64,000 bases of DNA. Origin: Geosiphon pyriformis uo1 (Eukaryota; Fungi; Glomeromycota). Both the position numbers and the translations under genes were made by a program. Of this stretch, positions 24,449-34,551 are shown piece after piece; the stretch's first letter is position 1, and each line of letters starts with the position of its first letter. The notes beneath the pieces are model-generated. The model was not told the DNA's origin and did not search any database. It saw nothing but the letters and a program-made list of their open reading frames with translations. The stretch covers positions 261,683 through 325,682 of the forward strand of contig JAAOMT010000231.1 in assembly GCA_016748015.1 (NCBI GenBank), given 5' to 3'.

Positions 24449-25783
24449 ATGAACCCCAAAAACTACAACAATCTCAAACAATATTTAGAGACATTAACAA
24501 TTCCAACAGATTGGTCCCCAGACGAAAAACATTGGTTACAACAACAAGCCAAACAATATTTTCTACACAACAACATTATCTATCATCGAAATTTCAAAAA
24601 CCCAACCAAACCACTCAGATTAATACAAAAACAGGAAAAAGAGACCATTTTATACAATATGCACTTAGATCCTTTATCAGCACACTTTGGAAAAGATAGC
24701 ACCACCCAAAGAACACTAGAATACTACTTTTGGCCTCGAATGAGAAAAAACATTCACGAATATGTCGAATCTTGTGATAGTTGTCAAAGAAGAGAAGGAA
24801 CTCGCTCTACAAAACCTTTAAATCCAATCAAAGTTGGACAGCCTTTTGACAGAGTTGGTATCAATTTAGTCAGACCACTATCTATTACCACTCAAGAAAA
24901 CCATTATATTGCAGTAGCTGTAGACTATCTTACTAAATAGCCTGAAGCCAGAGCCATTTAACGAGCAGATGCAAAATCAGTAGCAAATTTCATCTACAAA
25001 GACATCATTTGTAGACATAAATGTCCAATTGAACTTTTATCCGATCAGGGAACACACTTTGTAAACAACCTGATACAAAAAATTTGTGAATGATTCAGTG
25101 TCAAAAGACCTCTGTCTTTGCCCTACCATCCACAAACAAACGGACTTGTGGAACGTTTTAACAGAACATTATGTGAGTCATTAGCCAAAGTCTCAACCGA
25201 TTTTGGGCAAGAATGGGATCTCTTTATTCCATCAGTGTTACTAGCATATAGGACATTAAAACAAGATACCACGAAACACACACCATTTGATTTAACTTAT
25301 GGAAGGATGGCAACGTTACCAATTAGTTTCACAGTGGAAACATACCCAGCACAACCGATCGATGAAAACAATTTCCAAGAAACACTTCAGCAAAAAGCCT
25401 ACACTCTGCTTAGCACATTGGAAGGAAAACAACAAATAGCAGCCCCCCATATTGAACACTCCCAAGCTCAACAAAAAGAACGGCATGATGACAAATTGCC
25501 TTCAGTCACCAATAAATTCAAAATTGGAAACAAAGTTCTCTTACACAGAACTAAAGCTGAAAAACAATGGAGTGGAAAATTTGAAAATAAATGGGATGGA
25601 CCATTCTTTATCCATGAAGTCCTAGGCAATAGATCATACAAGCTAAGACTTGATGACAAAATCTTAGCAAAAGTTGCACATGAAAATTGTTTGAAACACT
25701 ATCATTCCAAAAACAATCCTGAACCATTAATTCTACAAATTGGTACACATTCCCCTTTGATCAGTCCCGAAGATATTCCCTGA
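24449..25783 (+). pseudogene. Integrase of element B (separate ATG-initiated ORF; internal stops)
   Basis: HLDPLSAH..CDSCQ; GINL; LSDQG; YHPQTNGLVERFN; WDGPFFI. Confidence 0.9.
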
Positions 25784-25924
25784 AACTTAGAATCAATAGT
25801 TGTCATTGAACAACCTTCCAACCTGAATACTTAATTTAATTTTACTAGTTATTCTCTTATAATTTAGAACAATCTCACAAAAACAAAACAAAAATAACAT
25901 AAAAACCCATAAACCAAAAATAAA

Positions 25925-25999
25925 NNNNNNNNNNNNNNNNNNNNNNNNNNNNNNNNNNNNNNNNNNNNNNNNNNNNNNNNNNNNNNNNNNNNNNNNNNN
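25925..25999. other. Assembly gap (N), hides the start of ORF3 of B
   Basis: Run of N. Confidence 1.
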
Positions 26000-26000
26000 A

Positions 26001-26405
26001 TATTCTCCAATCTATAGATATTTTCACATTGGAAAAACACTCTATGAACGGAAACTGGAACTTACAACAGCAAACCTCACAAAAGAAGCTATTCAGAAAC
26101 AACTCCACAACAAATTCAAGACAACAGCCAGATCAACAAACAGTTGCTATAGGCTTAGAGCTGCTCTTAGACTTTATGACCTATTCCACACCTGTAAAAA
26201 CGTACTACAAAACCCAATTTTTCAACCTTTGAAGATTCAATACATTGAAAAGCTCACAGAACTGAAATTTCAACAATTTTCAGACCAAATTTCTTTAATA
26301 ATTTTGGATTATTATCTAGAAATAACAGACAGTACTTGGACTTTGATAGAGCTCAGTCTTGAGGAGGAGATTATGTTACTAGATGAAATTAGAGATATTA
26401 TTTAG
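26001..26405 (+). CDS. ORF3 of element B (C-terminal part; N-terminus lost in the gap)
   Basis: Stop-free frame from the gap edge into the 3' LTR: YRYFHIGKTL...AALRLYDLF...IQYIEKLTELKFQQF. Confidence 0.7.
   Translation, partial: YSPIYRYFHIGKTLYERKLELTTANLTKEAIQKQLHNKFKTTARSTNSCYRLRAALRLYDLFHTCKNVLQNPIFQPLKIQYIEKLTELKFQQFSDQISLIILDYYLEITDSTWTLIELSLEEEIMLLDEIRDII
26361..26373 (+). promoter_or_regulatory. Polypurine tract of B
   Basis: GAGGAGGAGATTA directly before the 3' LTR. Confidence 0.85.
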
Positions 26406-27354
26406 CATGAAACTATCTCATAATTTCTATCATTAATTAGCATATATTATTGTTTCAAATTATCACTTATTACATTAGCAAAGAATGTCCGAAATTATCA
26501 TTTAATTAATAACCCAAATTGTACACAACACAAATGTAACCTAATTGTGATGATCAATCATGCAATACCCCGAACTATGTAACATTCAAAAGTTCACTGA
26601 AATTTATAGAAATTTGCTGAAATAATTGATAGTTCACTGAAATATCTAATAGTTTGTAGAAATAACTTGTAGTTCGCCGAAATGTATCTTTAGTTTAGTG
26701 AAATTGTAGAAAATAGCAAAGTTTAAGTTCATAGAATAGTGTTACGACAAGTTGTATAAAAGAAGAGCTTTTCTCTTCGAAAAAATGTATTTTACTTTAG
26801 ATTTATCTCTTAAAAACCATTCCTATACACACAAAAAGAAATAAATATCAAATAATTCGAAAAACTAAATTCTTTAATTATTGTACTTGGAAAATCCCCA
26901 AAATCCAACTAACATTTCGAAATTGATTAGCTACCAATTTTAGTAAACTGTTATTGACTCCAGGCCTGAATAGAAAACGTTTTCCTTGATAAAATTCCTA
27001 TTTCTTTTTACATTTCTTTTATTTTTTTTCTTTTATTATTATAATCATTAGGATAGCCTACAGACAAAATTCCTGTAGAAGAGTTGACTTTCACAGCAAA
27101 ATAACTACACATTTTTAGTAAGCTTTCAGATGAGCAATTCCTGGGAAAGAGTTGACGTTTACTACAATGTAACTACATAAAGTAACTGGCAAGGAATTGG
27201 CCATTCCACTTATAAGCCCAGCAATTCAAATTATAGAAGATAATTTGAAGATAAATTCAGTTACTGGAGGTTCAACCACATCCAAAAAACGTGAATTCAC
27301 AGCAAATAAGTATCAACAACATTACAGAAAAGAGACCAAAAACCTTCAGTAACA
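26374..27354 (+). repeat. 3' LTR of element B (981 bp)
   Basis: Direct repeat of 17945-18925. Confidence 0.95.
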
Positions 27355-29133
27355 CCATGGATTTACAGGCCGTTAGCTGAATGCACCGGCAACCCCTTAG
27401 TTTTCTGGTTAAATTGTCTGTTAATTCAATCAATTGCTTTTTGGTCAGTGTGACCAACACGCTTGTGTTATGTGAGTCTTCATTGGTCAATAATATTTCT
27501 AATGTTTTCCAGTCTGGTGTCAGTGTTCCTGTTACTAATGTTTTGGGTGTGGTATAATACTTAAACGTGGTTGCTTTTTTAAGAAAATTCAGGATTGTGT
27601 TTATGAATTAGCTTTTAGATTGTAGTAATATGTGCTTCACTTGGAGCACTTTTCACTGATAGAAAAAACTGGATCCCAAAGGTCGGGTTTCTGGTTGGTT
27701 TATCTTTTTAGTCTCATTCATTTCTAGTGGTGGTCTAGCTGACATTAGTGCTTTGGTCCACCATTCCATTTCAGACATACACTTATGTAATTTTGGCTTT
27801 GTTAATGGTTGTTTTGTTGAAATGAGCCTGGTGTTATAAGTATATATACAGATGAATCAGTCAAAGATTTGGGTTCTGTAGGCACTTGTGGTGGTGCCAC
27901 TGCTTACTTTTCATATGTTGACTTGAGTGTAAGGGTTAGAGTATATGGCTTGCTTTCTTCAACTCTGGCAGAACTTCAGGCCATTGCTCTTGTTTTGGAA
28001 TGCATTCCAACTTCTAATTCAGTTATGTTGTTTATGAATAGCCAGGCTTTCTTGGATGTGTGTGCTTTGTTGATTAATTCTGTTAGTCCCAATTTTCACG
28101 ATAAATGCTGGATTGAAAAGGAACACATTTGTACCACTATTGCTTCTAAGAGATTTTCAATTTGTTGAAATAAAGTCAAGAGCCACTCTGGAATAATTGG
28201 TAATGAGCATGCCGACTTTTTTGCTAACACTGCCACTAAGTTTAAGTTTGTGCTGCCAGTTAGTATGACATGTCGATTTATTGCTGTGGAAAGCTGACCT
28301 GTTTCTGAGAACATTCATTGGTTTGTATGGCATTTATTTGATGCTGTTAATTTTGTTGGCTGGGAGTCTAAGTATATGGGTGGCATCATTGATTTGAATC
28401 TTGTCAAACAATTTGATATGTGCCAAATCTTTCAAGTTTGGCATCCTGATAGTGGTATCTGCTCTGGCTTCTCCAGCTCTGTCACTATGGCACTAAGATC
28501 TTATTTCATAAAAGCTCTCCATTGTAGGCTGCCCACAGCTATACAGAAGAAATGGTACAAACCAAGTTATCCTAATGTGGTGTGCATCTGTTGTGGTTTG
28601 GTTGAAGATTCTGACCATATGTTTTTATATGCTTGGGATGCTGATGCCAAGTGAAAGTTGATTTCTGATATGATTAAAACATGGACTAACTTGCCTGGAA
28701 TTGGTGATTTTAATTGTGCTGTGATTTACTCCTTGCATGATGCTGAACTGTCGGATGGTTTGTATATGGCCCTGGCCAAGGGTTTTGTGTTGAAAGAATG
28801 GGTGGCTAACATAGCGTATTTGTTAGGCCCTGGATCTGATGGGGATTTGTTGGTTATTAATCTGGTCTGTGAGTTTGCGGAAGGTCATCAATTTTTTATT
28901 TGGATACTAACTGCCAAATTAAGGGTGTATTATAAGAAATACGGTCTCTTGCCAAGGGATGGCTTTGTGTTTCTGACCATATCTGGCCTGGCATCTATGT
29001 GGTCTTGTATAATGGTTTTTGATTTGGAGTCAGATTGAGTATACATGTTTGTTTTTGTTTGTATCTTAGTTTAGTGAGCTTACATTTTGGTTTTCTGCAT
29101 GACTTTCCTGTGCTAAAAGGTTTGAGTGCATAG
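27355..29133 (+). pseudogene. LINE ORF2 part 3: RNase H and C-terminal Cys/His finger
   Basis: YTDES, AELQAI, FMNSQA, KVKSHSGIIGNEHADFFA; CICCGLVEDSDHMF. Confidence 0.88.
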
Positions 29134-30994
29134 TGTTGTCTTAACTTGGCCTGAGTAGCCAGTCACATGTTAACAATGCATGAACCATACTTAATTTAGA
29201 GTTTTGTTAATTCTATGTACTTAAGTAGTGATTGGGCTGCACTCGTAAAAGCTGAATAAAAAAAAATATATTATATATCTTTTTTATAAATTTAATATTT
29301 ATAATAGTTAATATATATAAAATTATTTTTGTAATTATAAAGTATAGTTTTAATAATAAATTTTATTATAATAAAAAAAAGCTATATAAACAAGTTTTTA
29401 AAATTCAAAAAAAGATTTTGGAAAAATATTTAGTTTTAAGACAAAATACAATAGCAAAGCAAAAACTTAAATACACTGAACTAATTTTATATTAAAAAAA
29501 CAAATTCAATATTTGTAATAACATTAACTTAAATTTTAAGTTTTTATTCAAATTTAAATCTTAATTATTAGTTAGTCAATTTATAAGATTAAATATATGT
29601 TTTATAAAAAAAATTTTGAACAATTTAACTTTTATGTTTTGAATAATTTTTTTATTAAAACCACTATTTATTTCTAAAAACTTTAATATAAAATTAGTTA
29701 TATATAATTTTAGTAATAAAATATTTGCTAAATAAATTAAAATTTTTATTTATTAGCAAAACAAACTTCTTAAAAATTTAATTTATTTATAAAAAAAAAT
29801 TTTTTACAATTTTACTTAGAATAATGTTATTATTATCTTGCAAGATTAAAAAAGCATTAAATTTTATTCAAAAACACAAAATACAAATGCAGAAAACAAT
29901 TTTAAATTGTGCTATTAAAATAGATTAAAAACAACAAAAAATAAGAAAAAAGCATTTAAACTTTTTGTAATGACTCTAATTGGTTGTTTGAATAAAACTT
30001 TGAATAAAAAACTTCTATCCAAAGCCAAAAACTGTTTTGTGTATTTAATACTTAAAAAAAGCTTGTCAAAATATATTTCTCTGGTTGTCTCTATTTTTAA
30101 GAGAGCTTCTTAAGTATTAGAACTATTAAAAACAATTAAAGAAATATAGTTTCTTTTTTTTTGTTTTGATTGTAGTTATAAAAATACAAGAAAAAAAAGA
30201 GTATTTTTATTTAATATTTTAAAATATAAATACCTTATTAATTAATGTATTTTATTAACCAAAACATCAATTTAAATTTATTTGGTTAATAATTAAGCTT
30301 GTTTATTTTTAAAATTAGAAGTATTTTAAATTTTTAAAATTTATGCTGCATTTTGTTACAGACTTATTTTAATAATATTTTTTTTGAGTATATAAAACAT
30401 TATAAAATATATTTGTTATTTTTTTTTATCTTATTTTTAAATGTATATATTTGGAAATTTATTAATGTAAGAGGATGATTTTAAAATATATGGAAATATA
30501 TATGAATATTCAACTCTTATTAACCAGCAGACTTTTTGAAATTATTATATAAATAAAACTTTCAACATGTAAAAGCCTTAAAGTTAGTAATACTAACAGA
30601 AAACTTTTTTCAAAGTTAAAGATGGCAGATTGAAAGAATAATTTATAAAAATTGAGCTTGTTTATTAAAAACAAAGGACATTATTAGCTTTTAAATTAAA
30701 TTAAACTAAATTGAATTTGTGTATTGGTTATTTTCAAATGTCAATTCTTCTATGATAAAAAGCCTTTTCACTTTATCAGTAAATTTTTGGTTAATAAATA
30801 ATTTTAAGTGAAAAATAGTGTCTTTTTTTAATTTTAATATGGAAATAAAAAAATTAAAGCTTTGTCCAATTTCTTTAAATATCACCATTTAAAAAAATTT
30901 CAGTAAAATCAAAAACTGCCAAAGTTTTAGAATTCTCATCCTTCTTCGACAATACACAGGTATACTTTTGATATGAAATCAAAAAATTTCAAAA

Positions 30995-31385
30995 TTTTTA
31001 TGGTGATCTCACATTGGGAATGGGAAATTCGTTCATTATATTAATAATAAAATAGAAGTTGACCGAGTGATACATACTAATGATGATCTCCCTTATCAAC
31101 TGAAACATTCCCAGAATAAATTCATGCATCATAATTTAGAATCTTGAATTTTTAGATGATTGTGATTGTCATATGTCAGAGTTTGATAGGTTGCTGCAGG
31201 GTTATCAATGTTCTGGTTTTGTGGGTGTAGATATTGATAGAAAATTTAGCCATGTGAAAAGGATCTAGTTGTAAATATTTTTCTTTATTAAATTAGAATT
31301 ACTATACTGATTATTTTAAGCGAGGCAGAATAGTCATGGATAATAATAAAGTTTTTATTGTATTTTGGGGACAAAAATGTAGCTT
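30995..31385 (+). pseudogene. Decayed class-3 lipase-like paralog (C-terminal half)
   Basis: HIGNGKFVHYINNKIEVDRVIHTNDDLP...FMHHNLES*I...DCDC and YFG parallel PRIGDKGFVRYI...RVTYINDYVP...HPDTEYWI...CDC...YFG of 33226-34551. Confidence 0.75.
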
Positions 31386-31545
31386 TGGGTAAATTCTAAA
31401 CCTACGTTTTCATGCCTATTATTAACATTTAAGACTAAATAAAACCACAATATTTAAAAACCCTTTTTTGATTTCATCAATTAACCTCAACAGTGCCGAA
31501 TAAGCCTAGTGAACACGCCTATAATTTTCAAAAATAATTTCTCTC

Positions 31546-31550
31546 TATTA

Positions 31551-31647
<97 letters not shown>

Positions 31648-31679
31648 CATTGAATTATTATTATTATTATTATTATTAT
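31546..31679. repeat. (TTA)n microsatellite
   Basis: Long, nearly perfect TTA array. Confidence 0.95.
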
Positions 31680-33225
31680 CATTTAATTATGCTCGGTAGA
31701 AACTAAAATTTTTAACTCAAAGCTTTCTCAATAAATCAATTTAATTTTCATCAACGCGCTTACTGAATTCACAATTAATAAACTCCTTAGAAATTATTAA
31801 AACTAAAATTATTTTGAAACATTTAAAGAAATTATAAACTTTATAGATAAGGCAATAATAACAATGTTCATTGTTATTCAAGAATTTTTAAATTTTAAAC
31901 GCTCATAGTCATTAAATATTTTCTTTAAGGATTGATTAGAAACAATATATAAATCTTTTCTAAAATTTTAACATCCATGACAAATATACTTATTAATTTT
32001 CTATAAAAAGTTGATTTTCTCGAAATTGACCGAAAAGTAATTTAATGTCATTAAATCATTTGAAACTGAATTATATAATAAAAAAATTTTCATTTTAAAA
32101 GGAAATGATTAATAGAAATGTAAAATAGTTTCATTCATAAAGTGTTTGATTATAAGCACCAGATTTAAATGCATACCTAAAAAATTAATGTGAAAAAATA
32201 AAAAAGTTGTTCATTATATAATTATTCTAAGGGTTTTATAATGAAAACTATTTCTTTCAGCGTTTGATAAGTTTTCAAAAGTAAATTCAGCCTTAAAGAT
32301 AGGAAAATTAAAATTAAAATTTTATACATGAAAAAGGTGGTTTTGATAAAATGATTATAATTTTTTAATGTTTACTTTGAACGTAATAATAAAAAGAAAT
32401 CAAATTCTACTTATTTAATTAATTAAACAACAAACCAACTAATTAACTTGATGCATTAAAATTTCAAAAATATTATTCTCTTTTTAAGCAATAAAGTAAT
32501 ATGTAAATGTACAAGTTATTGAATCCTGTTTGTTACTTACTATTTTTCACATCCAATTATTTGTAATTATATTAAATTTTGCCTTTTAAAATCAATATCT
32601 AATTGCATAAATTTAGGCAAGAATTATCAAAAATTGAAACGTTACTATATTTTAAATAACTTTTTCTATTTTTTGAGTTATTATCGAAAAGAAAAATGCC
32701 TTAAGCAGCATAAATAATAATGTTTGCGAATTAGGTCTTAAATCAATCATTTTTTTTAGTTTTACGCTCTATACTATATTTTTATTAGAAATTTATTTTT
32801 TTAAGGCCTCTCTCTAAATTAAAAAGATAATATGTTACTTGATTAATGAGATAAAATTATCTAAATTATGAGCATAAAAAAGGCGATGCTTGATAAAATC
32901 ATATAACACATATTTAGAATAACTTTATTTATTGTAGTAAATAAATCTTAGGTTTAATTTGATCTATGAAAAAATTTAGGTATAAAGCCAAAGTTCTATG
33001 TGAGTAAATAACGAGAATATTGATACGGAATATTATTTAAACCTATCTTTTTATGAAAACACCCCTTATAAAAAAAAGTTGAAAGGATATCTAATCTCCA
33101 TAAATACAAACAGAAATCTACAGTTTGCAAACCTTTTTATGGTTTACTTTCTAGTCAAAAATTTTATTCATCACATCTTTCAATTCAAGAACTCTGAGAG
33201 AAATAAAATTGAATATATTTTAAAA

Positions 33226-34551
33226 ATGAATTCAAAAATATCTTTCTCACAACGAAACGTTTCTTTTTTCAATCTATTATTATTATTATTATTATTATCG
33301 TTAGTAAACTATATATTTTCTAAAAAGATTTTTGCATATGAAAAACTGAGAACATACAGAAATATTTCCAATATAGTTTTTAATAATACTCTAAATCGAA
33401 AATATTTAGAATCTAATAATTTGACCAAAAGAGCTAAAATAATTGATAGAAATCAACTAGATAAGATGTGGCTTTTAGCTGATGTGGCTTACTATGCTCA
33501 TCAGACTTATTGTTTACTTGATGAATCAGGGTTTGTGGAAGATGATATTTATAGTAGGTATGGTGCTATTTCACTTGCGAAATTTTAAGTTTTTCTGAGA
33601 ATGAAATTTTTAAATTTTTAAATTTAGCGTGGGTATCATTCGCCTCGCGGAAAATTTTGAGGGATGAATTGTTTGTTCCAGCAATTATGATACAAGTTAG
33701 AGGGCGAGAATTAACCTTTGATAGAATGGTTGAATGGGATAGATCCTTCGCCTTTAAGACTCTAAAATTGGGTGCATTTCAAAATTTCAAAGTACCGCTG
33801 GAATCTTATCAAAGGTTTGAAAGAAAATTGAAAGATAGAATATTGAATTCTCTTGAGAAACTTGTGTCCCATAAAAATTATAAAAATTATGTAAATCATA
33901 ATTTTGTTTTTACAGGTCATGGTGAGGGTGGAGGTAATTAAGATTCGCAATTTTTTATATCCCATTATATATTAAATTAATTAATGGATAAAACCTTTTT
34001 AAAAGCTCTAGCTACCTATGCTGCATTAGAATTTTGGAGGGAGAATCGCGATATAATTAAGCCACAGCAAATTGTAATTATTACATATGGAGCTCCAAGA
34101 ATTGGAGATAAAGGATTTGTACGCTATATTTCACAAAGATTCTTCGTCAACCGCGTGACTTATATCAATGACTACGTCCCATTGTTTTTGAGCCGCACTT
34201 TTAAACATCCGGATACTGAGTATTGGATACTGCGTGACATTTGTGACTGTGGAGATAACAGACCTATAATTTATAATTGCCGTATGCATTTTGGAACCGA
34301 AAATCCTGTAAGTATGGAATATTTTTAACCTGATTTAAATATCTAGAGTAATTTAACCCATTTTGTCATAATTATTATAGAGATGTAATCTAAAATTTCA
34401 AAAATCTTTACTAAAGGGAGAGCTAGATAAAACCTCAGCGATTTATGGCTCATTTATTGATGCACATAATGGACCCTATTTTGGGTACAGGATGAAAAAA
34501 TGCTATAAATATAAGTCATTTGAGAATTTTTATTATAAATATCCAATTTAA
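33226..34551 (+). CDS. Secreted or anchored class-3 lipase-like protein (~368 aa, 4 exons: 33226-33553, 33628-33933, 34006-34307, 34381-34551); nucleophile Ser replaced by Gly
   Basis: Three GT-AG introns join in frame. N-terminal hydrophobic stretch; AYYAHQTYC, VRG, FTGHGEGGALA, TYGAPRIGD, NDYVP, HPDTEYWI, AHNGPYFG. Confidence 0.88.

Larger units (their letters stand above)
17945..27354 (+). mobile_element. Ty3/gypsy-type LTR retrotransposon B (dUTPase-encoding), decayed
   Basis: Two 981-bp LTRs, perfect CCAT TSD (17941-17944 and 27355-27358), PBS, PPT, gag-PR-dUTPase-RT-RH, IN and ORF3. Confidence 0.96.
1985..29266 (+). mobile_element. Full-length non-LTR retrotransposon (LINE; ORF1 plus APE-RT-RNaseH-CCHC ORF2), interrupted by two LTR elements; segments ~1985-4705, 15761-17944, 27355-29266
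   Basis: ORF2 rejoins in frame across insertion B (HRA|MDLQAVS) and continues as HKQANRDKWKFKIK after insertion A. The 3' end is GTAGTGATTGGGCTGCACTCGT plus an A-tract ending at 29266. The 5' boundary is approximate. Confidence 0.9.

Noticed and set aside
31509-31706. 65-aa poly-Leu/poly-Tyr ORF
   Set aside because: It is a translation of the (TTA)n microsatellite.
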